Made by a program: the position numbers and the translations under genes. A stretch of 29,835 nucleotides of DNA from Planctomycetota bacterium (lineage in GTDB: Bacteria > Planctomycetota > PLA2 > JAEUHO01), in the NCBI GenBank assembly GCA_030065025.1, contig JASJDY010000050.1, forward strand, positions 1 through 29,835, in the 5' to 3' direction. Below are positions 1-8,143 of the stretch, one piece after another. Numbering within the stretch: the stretch's first letter is position 1; each line of letters begins with the position of its first letter. The notes under the pieces were generated by a model. That model was not told the DNA's origin. It saw nothing but the letters and a program-made list of their open reading frames with translations, and ran no database searches.

Positions 1-845
1 TGCAGGATCGGGGTGCGCAGGCGATCATTGAACAGGACCCGCTCGATCGCCTCCGGACCGCGCTCGTAGAGCACGGCGGCGTTGGACATGCCCCCGCCCA
101 GCACCACGGCATCCGGATCCACGATGTGGATGACCCGGGCGAGGCCCTCTCCGAAGAAGGAAAGGTAGCGCTCCACGGCGCGTACGGCCGGCTCCTCGCC
201 GGCGTCCGCGCGGGCGAGGATCTCCGGAGCTCGGCGCGGCTCTCCGGCAAGACGTGCATAGTCCCGCTCGAACGCGGGACCGGAGAGGCGCGTCTCGAGG
301 CAGGCCGGCTGGCCGCAGTAGCAGCGCGGAGGCGGCGGCGCCTCGGGGTCGCGGTCGTCGAGCGGGCTGTGCCCCCACTCGCCCGCGATGCCGTGCAGGC
401 CATGCCGGGCCTCGCCGTCGATCACGAGGGCGCCGCCGACTCCCGTGCCCAGGATCACGCCGAACACGACGCGTGCCCCGGAGGCGGCTCCCGCAAGCGC
501 CTCCGCGACGGCGAAGCAATTGGCGTCGTTCGCGACGCGCACCTCGAAGCCTAGACGCCGCTCCACGTCCCGCTTGAGGGGCCGGCCGATCAGGCTCGTG
601 GAGTTGCTGTTCTTGACGAGGCCGCTCTCGTCGTCGAGGCAGCCCGGGATGCCGATGCCCACCTCGGGCTCCCCACCGGCTTGCGCCAGCAGCTCGCGGC
701 CCAGGCCGGCGAGATCGTCGAGAACGCGCTCGTAGCCCTCCGCCGCAGGCGTGGGGATGCGCCGCCGGTCCAGCACGCGGCCGTTCTCATCCAGGAGCAC
801 GCCCGCGATCTTGGTCCCTCCCAGGTCGAGTCCGACACGCGCCAT
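1..845 (-). CDS. ROK-family sugar kinase/transcriptional-regulator-like protein (glucokinase/N-acetylglucosamine kinase class). C-terminus is cut by the window edge; the frame stays open to position 1.
   Basis: Hand translation of the minus strand from the ATG at 845 gives MARVGLDLGGTKIAGVLLDENG...ANDANCFAVAEA...GTGVGGALV...CYCGQPACLETRLSG. These are the DxGGT motif, the glycine-rich loop and the CxCGxxGCxE zinc motif typical of the ROK family. It is absent from the ORF track only because it has no stop within the window. Confidence 0.8.
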   Translation of the reverse strand, partial: MARVGLDLGGTKIAGVLLDENGRVLDRRRIPTPAAEGYERVLDDLAGLGRELLAQAGGEPEVGIGIPGCLDDESGLVKNSNSTSLIGRPLKRDVERRLGFEVRVANDANCFAVAEALAGAASGARVVFGVILGTGVGGALVIDGEARHGLHGIAGEWGHSPLDDRDPEAPPPPRCYCGQPACLETRLSGPAFERDYARLAGEPRRAPEILARADAGEEPAVRAVERYLSFFGEGLARVIHIVDPDAVVLGGGMSNAAVLYERGPEAIERVLFNDRLRTPIL

Positions 846-886
846 GGCGGAGAGCCTACAATCCCCGGCTCGCTTCGGAGACCTCC

Positions 887-3800
887 ATGCAGCACCTACG
901 CCCCCTCCTCCTCCTCGCGTTCATCCTCCTGCCCGCGCTCCAGGTCGCGGTCGCGGACGAGGAGCCCGAGGGTGCGATGCGGATGGCCGACTCCTTCGCC
1001 CTGACGAAGGACGGCTCCGACGTGATCCTCTCGTGGCGCGGCGATCTCTGGATGGTCGGCCGCGAAGGCGGGTCTGCTCGGCGGCTCACGTTCCACCCCG
1101 CGCGCGACACACGCCCTTTCGTCTCTCCGGACGGCAAGCACATCGCATTCGTCAGTGACCGCTCGGGCACCGAGCAGGTCCACGTGATGCCGATCGCCGG
1201 TGGCCGCCCGCGCCAGGTGACCCTCCACTCCGAGGGTGCTCGCGTCTACGGCTGGTTCCCCGACTCCCGGCACCTGCTCACGCGGAGCGCCCGCGATCAC
1301 CACTGGCGCTCGTCGTACCGCTTCTTCAAGAAGCCGCTCGATCCGGAGAAGGCGGGCGAGCTGCTGTTCAACGCCGCGTGCGGATACGGCTCGCTTTCCC
1401 CGGACGGCAACTGGATTGCGTTCACGCGCGAGGGCATGACCTGGACCCGCAAGCGTTACCGCGGTCCGAAGGCATCGCAGATCTGGCTGTACAGCCTGCA
1501 GGACAAGACCTTCACGCGTCTCAGCGAGGGCAACCACGGTGAGCTGTGGCCGCTGTGGAGCGGCGGCAAGTGGCTCACGTACGTCAGCGAGGAGAGCGGG
1601 ACGTGGAACCTGTGGCGCCGCCACACCGCCACGGGCGAGAAGACGCAGGTCACCTTCTTCGAGGATGACGGTGTCAGCGTGCCCGCCATCTCGGGAGACC
1701 GTTCGACGATCGTCTTCCGGCGGCTGTTCGACACGTACACGCTGCCCGCAGCCGGATCCGCGACACCGCAGCGCCTGATGGCGGTGGACACCGGGGATCC
1801 GACGGTCGAGCTGCTCGAGCGCCGATCCCTGAGCCGCGCAACGGACGTCGCGTTCACGGACGACGCGCGCGAGATCGCCTTCATCGCCGGCGGCGACCTG
1901 TGGGTGATGGACACGGAGCTCAAGGAGCCGAAGCGCGTCACGAGCACGGCGGACGCCGAGTCGGAGCCGGTCTTCGCCAAGGACCACGGTGCCCTCTACT
2001 TCGTCAGCGATGCCGGGGGCGGCCCCGACATCTGGCGCGCCCGCCGCGCAGACGAGAAGAAGTACTGGTGGCAGAACGACGAGTTCCTCGTCGAGCGGCT
2101 GACGCGCGACGAGCGCGCCGAGTACGAGCTGCGGATCACGCCAGACGGCAAGCGGTTGGCGTACATCAGCGGCACGGAGCTCCGGACGTCGGACCTCGAC
2201 GGCAAGGACATCCGCACGCACGCCGGCTCGTTCTCCGGCGTGGACTACAGCTTCTCGCCGGACGGCCGCTGGGTCGCGTACGCGAAGCCGGATGACGACT
2301 TCAACTGGGACGTCTGGATCGTGCCGACCGACGGCTCCCGCGAGCCCTTCAACGTCTCGCGGCATCCGGACAACGACGCCTACCCCGCCTGGTCTCCGGA
2401 CGGGAAGATCCTCGCCTTCACCGGACGCCGGTGGAACGAGGAGAGCGACATCTGCTACGTCTGGCTGCGCAAGGAGGATGCCGAGCGCGGCCAGCGCGAT
2501 CGCACGCTCGAGAAGGCCCTGAAGAAGATGAAGGGCCGCAAGGCCAAGACCCCCAAGAAGGCGAAGACGCCCGCGAAGCCGAAGGCGACGCCCGAGCGGG
2601 CCGCTCGCCCCAGTGCGAAGGCCGCGGCGGAGTCCGATCCCCTCGCAGGAACCTGGAAGGGCACGCTCAGCGGTCCGCAGCCGCTGCCGGAGGACGGCGT
2701 CGGCCTCACGTTCCAGATCACACGCAACGCGGACGGTGGCTACGCCTGCACGATCGATCTGAAGGACAACTTCTCCGGAGCGGCGGAGACGCTGTCCTTC
2801 GATCCCGAGAGCGGAGCGCTCACGTTCACCGTGAAGACGCAGCTCGGCCACCTGCGCAGCGAGGGCAAGGTCGACGGAGCTCGGATCGAGGGCACCTGGG
2901 CGATCGAGGGCGTCATGGAGGGCACCTACGAGCTGATGCGGGAAGCGGCCGCGGCCGGAGCCGGCAAGCAGCCCGAGAAGACCGGTGTCGAGCCGCAGGC
3001 CGGGACCGACAGGGAGGCCAAGACGGAGAAGAAGGCCAAGCCGAAGAAGCGCGAGGCCAAGCCCATCGAGATCGACTTCGACGGCCTCGAGGACCGGATC
3101 CAGCGCATCTCCATTCCGGACTCGCGCGAGCGCGGGCTCTTCTGGTCGCACGACGGCAAGCGGTTGGCGTTCGAGGCGTCCATCGACGGCAAGTCGGGCC
3201 TCTACACCGTCGGCTTCCCCGACGACCTGCGGCCCAAGCTGCTGTCGTCATCGCGCGGCAGCGACCCGCGCTGGCTGAAGGAAGGCAACCAGATCGTCTG
3301 GCTGAGCAGCGGTGCGCCGGCCACGCTGAGCTCGTCCGGACGCGGGAAGTCCTACCGCTTCTCGGTGCGGCAGGAGGTCTTCCTGCCGGATGTCCACGCG
3401 GCCGCCTTCGACGCCGCGTGGCGGACCATGCGCGACCGTTACTACGACCCCCACATGGGCGGTGCGGACTGGCCGGCCGTGCGCGCCAAGTACGCGCCGA
3501 TGGCGCGCCAGTGCGTGACCGGAGCCGAGCTCGAGCTCGTCATGAACCTGATGCTGGGCGAGCTCAACGGCTCGCATCTCGGCTTCCGCTCGAGCCAGCG
3601 GAGTTGGAGCCGGTCGGGCTGGCGGGACGTGACGGGGCATCTCGGCTGCCGCTTCGACCCGGCGTGGGATGGCGAGGGTCTGCGGGTGCTGGACGTGGTG
3701 CCCGGCACCCCTGCCGACCAGGCGCGGAGCCGCATCCGCGCGGGTGAGATCGTGCTCGCGATCGATGGTCGTCCGGTCGGCACGGCGACGAACGTCGACC

Positions 3801-4582
3801 TGTTGCTGACGGGCGATCCGCAGCGCGAGGTGGCCGTGTCCGTGCGGAACGCGGAGGGCGAGGAGCGGACGGTCCCGATGCGCCCGACGACGTACCGGAG
3901 CGTGCGTCGGGCCCTGTACGACCACTGGATCGACACGACGCGCGAGCGCGTGGAGAAGGCATCGGGCGGACGTCTCGGCTACCTCCACGTCCGCAGCATG
4001 AATTGGTCCTCCTTCCATCGCTTCGAGGCCGAGCTCTACAAGGTCGGCTACGGCAAGGACGGGCTGATCATCGACGTCCGCGACAACGGTGGCGGGTTCA
4101 CGACGGATCATCTGCTGACGTGCCTGACCCAGCCGCGCCATGCGACGACCATCCCGCGTCACGGCGGTCGGGGCTACCCCCATGACCGCATGGTCTATGC
4201 GCCGTGGCACAAGCCCGTGGTGGTGCTCTGCAACCAGAACAGCTTCAGCAACGCCGAGATCTTCGCTCACGCCATCAAGACGCTGAAGCGTGGTCAGGTG
4301 GTCGGTGTCCAGACGGCCGGCGGCGTGATCAGCACCGGGCGCACCATGATCGAGGGCGTCGGCTCGCTACGACTGCCGTTCCGCGGCTGGTTCCTACGCG
4401 ATGACGGTGAGGACATGGAGCTGAACGGCTGCATGCCGCACCACGTCGTGTGGCCCAAGCCCGGCGATCTGGAAGCAGGCATCGACCGGCAGGCGGACAA
4501 GGCCGTCGAGGTCGGGCTCGAAGCGGTAAAGGCGTGGAAGGCGCGTAAGCAGCCGGAGCCGAAGTACGCCTCGCAGCGCTAG
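887..4582 (+). CDS. Secreted tricorn-protease-like peptidase (S41 family core). It has N-terminal TolB/WD40-like beta-propellers, a PDZ domain and a C-terminal S41 catalytic domain. Length 1231 aa.
   Basis: ATG at 887 follows GGAGAC 4 nt upstream. The N-terminus MQHLRPLLLLAFILLPALQVAVA is a signal peptide. Repeated SPDG/SPDGK propeller-blade motifs are present. The PDZ-like segment is GLRVLDVVPGTPADQARSRIRAGEIVLAIDGRPV. The S41 signature is IIDVRDNGGGFTTDHLL ... NQNSFSNAEIFAHAIK. The overall order (two propellers, PDZ, S41) matches tricorn protease. Confidence 0.85.
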   Translation: MQHLRPLLLLAFILLPALQVAVADEEPEGAMRMADSFALTKDGSDVILSWRGDLWMVGREGGSARRLTFHPARDTRPFVSPDGKHIAFVSDRSGTEQVHVMPIAGGRPRQVTLHSEGARVYGWFPDSRHLLTRSARDHHWRSSYRFFKKPLDPEKAGELLFNAACGYGSLSPDGNWIAFTREGMTWTRKRYRGPKASQIWLYSLQDKTFTRLSEGNHGELWPLWSGGKWLTYVSEESGTWNLWRRHTATGEKTQVTFFEDDGVSVPAISGDRSTIVFRRLFDTYTLPAAGSATPQRLMAVDTGDPTVELLERRSLSRATDVAFTDDAREIAFIAGGDLWVMDTELKEPKRVTSTADAESEPVFAKDHGALYFVSDAGGGPDIWRARRADEKKYWWQNDEFLVERLTRDERAEYELRITPDGKRLAYISGTELRTSDLDGKDIRTHAGSFSGVDYSFSPDGRWVAYAKPDDDFNWDVWIVPTDGSREPFNVSRHPDNDAYPAWSPDGKILAFTGRRWNEESDICYVWLRKEDAERGQRDRTLEKALKKMKGRKAKTPKKAKTPAKPKATPERAARPSAKAAAESDPLAGTWKGTLSGPQPLPEDGVGLTFQITRNADGGYACTIDLKDNFSGAAETLSFDPESGALTFTVKTQLGHLRSEGKVDGARIEGTWAIEGVMEGTYELMREAAAAGAGKQPEKTGVEPQAGTDREAKTEKKAKPKKREAKPIEIDFDGLEDRIQRISIPDSRERGLFWSHDGKRLAFEASIDGKSGLYTVGFPDDLRPKLLSSSRGSDPRWLKEGNQIVWLSSGAPATLSSSGRGKSYRFSVRQEVFLPDVHAAAFDAAWRTMRDRYYDPHMGGADWPAVRAKYAPMARQCVTGAELELVMNLMLGELNGSHLGFRSSQRSWSRSGWRDVTGHLGCRFDPAWDGEGLRVLDVVPGTPADQARSRIRAGEIVLAIDGRPVGTATNVDLLLTGDPQREVAVSVRNAEGEERTVPMRPTTYRSVRRALYDHWIDTTRERVEKASGGRLGYLHVRSMNWSSFHRFEAELYKVGYGKDGLIIDVRDNGGGFTTDHLLTCLTQPRHATTIPRHGGRGYPHDRMVYAPWHKPVVVLCNQNSFSNAEIFAHAIKTLKRGQVVGVQTAGGVISTGRTMIEGVGSLRLPFRGWFLRDDGEDMELNGCMPHHVVWPKPGDLEAGIDRQADKAVEVGLEAVKAWKARKQPEPKYASQR
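2512..3065 (+). repeat. In-frame low-complexity insertion inside the tricorn-like protease. Two Lys/Ala/Pro-rich histone-H1-like tracts flank a ~100-aa Gly/Trp/Thr-rich module.
   Basis: Translation reads KALKKMKGRKAKTPKKAKTPAKPKATPERAARPSAKAAAE ... GTWKGTLSGPQ...GTWAIEGVMEGTYELMRE ... KTEKKAKPKKREAKP. It is in frame within one uninterrupted ORF and is followed by further propeller-blade-like sequence. Confidence 0.6.
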
Positions 4583-4604
4583 GGACGGCGGCGCGATTCT
4601 CCCA

Positions 4605-5273
4605 TCAGACGAACGTCGCGATCTCCTCCAGCGTCTTGCGCTGGATGTCGGGAACGTGCGCGTCCTCCGTGGGGTAGCCCACCACCAGGAGGATGAAAGG
4701 CCGCTCGTTCTGCGGGCGGCCGAGGATCTCCCGGAGGAAGCCCATCGGGCTCGGTGTGTGCGTCAGCGTTGCGAGGCCCGCGTGGTGCAGCGCGGTGATG
4801 AGGATGCCCGTCGCGAGCCCGACGGACTCGTCGACGTAGTAGCGCTTCTGCCGCTTGCCCTCGGCGTCCACGCCGTAGCGCTCGCCGAAGATGGCGATGA
4901 GGGCCGGTGCCTTCTCGAGGAACGGCTTGTCCGCGTCCGTGCCCAGCGGCGCCAGGGCCTGCAACCACTCGTCCGAGGCGCGCCCCTCGTAGAAGGCCCG
5001 CTCCTCGGCCTCGGCCGCTTCGCGGATCCGGCGCTTCACGTCGGTCGAGCGCACCACGACGAAGTGCCAGGGTTGGAGGTTGGCCCCGCTGGGCGCGGAG
5101 CCGGCGGCCCGCAGGCAGTCCTCGATCACGCCCTCGGGCACGGGGCGATCGGAGAAGTGCCTCACGGTGCGACGACGGCGCACGTCCTCGTAGAAGGCGC
5201 GCGCGCGCGCCTGCATGGCCTCCGCGGGGCGGTGCTGCCACTCGCTCAGCGGCACGAATCGGGGTTCCGTCAC
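4605..5273 (-). CDS. Nitroreductase-family oxidoreductase (FMN-dependent).
   Basis: 222 aa. The segment [40 protein letters not shown] is the conserved nitroreductase N-terminal motif. Convergent with the tricorn-like gene across a 22-nt gap. Confidence 0.85.
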   Translation of the reverse strand: MTEPRFVPLSEWQHRPAEAMQARARAFYEDVRRRRTVRHFSDRPVPEGVIEDCLRAAGSAPSGANLQPWHFVVVRSTDVKRRIREAAEAEERAFYEGRASDEWLQALAPLGTDADKPFLEKAPALIAIFGERYGVDAEGKRQKRYYVDESVGLATGILITALHHAGLATLTHTPSPMGFLREILGRPQNERPFILLVVGYPTEDAHVPDIQRKTLEEIATFV

Positions 5274-5372
5274 GGCGATCTCCCTGGGAAGGCGGCAGCC
5301 TAGCGGGCCCTAAGCGCTTTTCCGCCCGTGTGTTGCGGAATCCTGCCGGGAGGCTGCTAGCATTCCCGCGGA

Positions 5373-5960
5373 GTGGATCTCGGGCAGACACAGACGCTGA
5401 TCCTCCGTGCGCTCGACGGGACGGAGAAGGACAAGAGCACGTTGCTGGAGTACCTGCGTCCGCGTCTGGTCCTCTGGGCGGCGGGACGACTCAGTCCGGC
5501 CCTACGCTCCAAGCTCGAGCCCGACGACGTGGCCCAGGAGGCGCTGATCGCGATCCACCGCGGGATCGGCGGATTCCAGGGCCGCGACGACCGGCAGTTC
5601 CTTGCCTGGGTCTTCAAGATCGCCGAGAACCGCATCCGCGACCTCGCCGACCACCACGGCGCGCAGAAGCGGCAGCCCGTGATCCCGCCCCAGGACTTCT
5701 CGCAGACCAGTCCTTCGACCGCCGCCGCGCGCCGTGAGGAGGTCGATCGGGTGGCCCGGGCGCTGCCCGGACTGCCCGACGACTACCGCCAGGTGCTCAG
5801 CCTGCGGCGCTTCGAGGAACGCGAGGTACGTGAGATCGCGGAGATCATGGATCGCAGCGAGAACGCCGTTCGCATCTTGTATTGCAGGGCCCTGAAGGCC
5901 CTGCGCAAAGCCATGGACGACGGGGCCGAGGACGGCGGTCCCGTGCCCCAGAAACCGTGA
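5373..5960 (+). CDS. ECF-type RNA polymerase sigma-70 factor.
   Basis: Region 2 reads DVAQEALIAIHRGIGGFQGRDDRQFLAWVFKIAENRIRD. Region 4 reads LPDDYRQVLSLRRFEEREVREIAEIMDRSENAVRILYCRALKALR. The first possible start is GTG at 5373, because an in-frame TAG lies at 5358. No anti-sigma ORF follows. Confidence 0.8.
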   Translation: MDLGQTQTLILRALDGTEKDKSTLLEYLRPRLVLWAAGRLSPALRSKLEPDDVAQEALIAIHRGIGGFQGRDDRQFLAWVFKIAENRIRDLADHHGAQKRQPVIPPQDFSQTSPSTAAARREEVDRVARALPGLPDDYRQVLSLRRFEEREVREIAEIMDRSENAVRILYCRALKALRKAMDDGAEDGGPVPQKP

Positions 5961-5994
5961 AACAGCGCGGGACAGAACCCGCTCCCCAAGGTTG

Positions 5995-8103
5995 ATGACG
6001 GACGACCACAAAGACCGGATTCTTGCCGATTGCCTCGAGGCGTATCACCGGCAGCGCGCCCGTGGCGAGGTGCCGGACATGGAGGCCCTCCAGGCGGAGC
6101 TCCCGGAGGACCTCCACGAGGACTTCCTCGAGCTGGTCGCGGCGGAGACGGCCATCGACGAGGCCCTGGAGCCGGCGGGCGACGCTGCCCTGCCGCTGGC
6201 CTGGGGCAAGTACACGATCCTCAGGGAGATCGCTCGCGGTGCTGCGGGCGTCGTCTACGAGGCGCTGCACCGGGAGCTGGGCCGGAAGGTCGCGCTGAAG
6301 GTCCTGCGCACGGGCCTCGACACCGACGACGTGACGCGCGAGCGCTTCCGGCGCGAGGCGCAGGCGCTGGCCCAGATCCATCACGACCACATCGTCGAGA
6401 TCTACGAGTTCGGCGAGTTCGACGATCGCCCCTTCTACGCCATGAGCCTGGTCGAAGGACCGACGCTCTCCGATCTCGTCAAGCGCGACGAGCGGCCCGA
6501 GCCGCGTGAGGTCTGCGAGGGGCTCGCCGGTGTCGCCAACGCCCTGCACGCTCTACACGAGGCGGGCATGGTGCACCGCGACGTGAAGCCGTCGAACATC
6601 ATGATCGACATGAACACCGGCCGGTACATGCTGGCCGACTTCGGGCTCGCACGCACCGCCATGTCCGCGACCGTCACGCGGACCGGCGACGCGCTCGGCA
6701 CGCCCCTCTACATGAGCCCGGAGCAGATGCTCGGCAACCGCGACGCGATCGAGGCCCGCACGGACGTGTACGGCCTGGGCGCGACGCTCTACCAGATGCT
6801 CACGGGCAAGCCGCCCTTCAAGACCGACAACCTCCACGCGCTGATGCGCATGGTGTTGTCGCAGCGACCGGAGCCCGCGCGCACCCTGAACCCGGACCTG
6901 CCGGCAGGCTGCAGCAGCATCGCCATGAAGTGCCTCGAGAAGGAGGCGCGCGATCGCTACGCCAGTGCGGCCGACATGGAGAACGACCTGCGCGCGTTCG
7001 CCGAGGGCAAGCGCGTCTCGGGCAAGCCGCTCACTCCGTGGCAGCGCAGCGTGCGCCAGGTGGTCAAGCACCCTGTGCTGGCCGTCGCCGCGACACTGCT
7101 CGTGGCGTTCGCAGTCTGGTTCGCCGCGAAGCCGCCCGCGCCGGGTCGCCTGAGCGTCACCACCACGCAGACGGCCGACATCCGCGTCGGGGGCGCCGGC
7201 GCTTGGCTGCAAGCGCCGATGCGCAACCAGGAGGTCGAGCCCGGGCGCAAGCACCTCGTCACCGTGAAGCCGAAGTCGGACGCGTATCTCGAACGCACCT
7301 TCGAGGTCCAGATCGATTCGGGTTCCACGCTCGAGAAGGAGATCTGGCTCCAGCCGCGTGATCCGAACAACGTCGCTGCGTACGGATCCCTGCAGGCCGA
7401 TACCGGCGTGGACGCCGTGGAAGACCTGAGCGGCATGCCGGGTGTGCACCGCGGCTTCGGAGATGAAGCGCCCATCGTCGAGCTCTGGTTCCCGCGCGGC
7501 AAGGTGCGCATGGAGGACCTGGGCCGCTGGGAGGCGCACATCAGCCTCGACTTCCCGGAAGACGGCGGCGAGATCCGCTTCTCCGCCGGGGAAGAGCAGC
7601 TCGGCACGATGGACTTCCCGGAGCCCGAGACGCAGCTCACCGCCGGAGACATGTCGGACGAGATCCGGGGCAAGCTGCAGGTCGGGATGATCGTGACCTG
7701 GCAGTTCCACGATAAGCGCGGCAAGGCCGTCGGCCGGCCCGCGACGTTCGAGATCACCGACGTCGATCTGCGCGAGCGGTTCGAGGGCATCGAGGCCAAG
7801 TTCGAGGGCTGGACCGAAGAGGGCCGCAGCATCTTCGGCGCGACCCTCCGCGCGGAGCTCATGATCAACCACGGGCTCTACGGCCCCGCGTTCCTGGCGC
7901 TGCGTCCCTTCGTCAAGAAGGAGTCGGCGACCCAGCGGATGATCCTGCTGCAGAAGAAGGCGCTCGAGTCTCTGTTCAGCGATCGCAAGGAGCGCCGCGA
8001 GCTCAAGGATCGTTGGCAGCTCTGGATCGAGGTGGACGAGGCGTACCGCGCGTACACGAAGGAGGAGTGGACCTCCTACCTCGAGAAGCTCGGCACGCGC
8101 TAG
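5995..8103 (+). CDS. Receptor-type Ser/Thr protein kinase (Hanks-type). It has an N-terminal cytoplasmic kinase domain, a single TM helix and a ~330-aa extracytoplasmic C-terminal domain of unknown fold.
   Basis: The track start at 5992 is TTG immediately followed by ATG at 5995. Kinase motifs present: GKYTILREIARGAAGVVYEA (glycine loop), VALKVL (Lys), HRDVKPSNIM (catalytic loop), DFGLA, SPEQ. The TM segment is VLAVAATLLVAFAVWFAA. It starts 34 nt after the sigma gene stop. Confidence 0.9.
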   Translation: MTDDHKDRILADCLEAYHRQRARGEVPDMEALQAELPEDLHEDFLELVAAETAIDEALEPAGDAALPLAWGKYTILREIARGAAGVVYEALHRELGRKVALKVLRTGLDTDDVTRERFRREAQALAQIHHDHIVEIYEFGEFDDRPFYAMSLVEGPTLSDLVKRDERPEPREVCEGLAGVANALHALHEAGMVHRDVKPSNIMIDMNTGRYMLADFGLARTAMSATVTRTGDALGTPLYMSPEQMLGNRDAIEARTDVYGLGATLYQMLTGKPPFKTDNLHALMRMVLSQRPEPARTLNPDLPAGCSSIAMKCLEKEARDRYASAADMENDLRAFAEGKRVSGKPLTPWQRSVRQVVKHPVLAVAATLLVAFAVWFAAKPPAPGRLSVTTTQTADIRVGGAGAWLQAPMRNQEVEPGRKHLVTVKPKSDAYLERTFEVQIDSGSTLEKEIWLQPRDPNNVAAYGSLQADTGVDAVEDLSGMPGVHRGFGDEAPIVELWFPRGKVRMEDLGRWEAHISLDFPEDGGEIRFSAGEEQLGTMDFPEPETQLTAGDMSDEIRGKLQVGMIVTWQFHDKRGKAVGRPATFEITDVDLRERFEGIEAKFEGWTEEGRSIFGATLRAELMINHGLYGPAFLALRPFVKKESATQRMILLQKKALESLFSDRKERRELKDRWQLWIEVDEAYRAYTKEEWTSYLEKLGTR

Positions 8104-8143
8104 CGAATCTGGGTTTGTCTCGCCGGGAGATCGACGCCCCAGC

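Noticed and set aside
2512-2640. Possible separate histone-H1/HU-like gene encoding the KAKTPKKAKTPAKPK tract.
   Set aside because: The tract is in frame inside the continuous 1231-aa protease ORF. It has no start, stop or RBS of its own.
896-3151. 751-aa minus-strand ORF antisense to the tricorn-like gene. Similar long antisense ORFs occur at 3248..4270, 6553..8175, 11745..13604, 18004..19275, 21469..22989, 23181..24101, 26540..27478 and 10224..11315.
   Set aside because: The translations are Arg/Ala/Gly/Pro-rich low-complexity sequence with no motifs. Each lies exactly opposite a gene with strong motif support. This is the classic open antisense frame of ~70% GC DNA.
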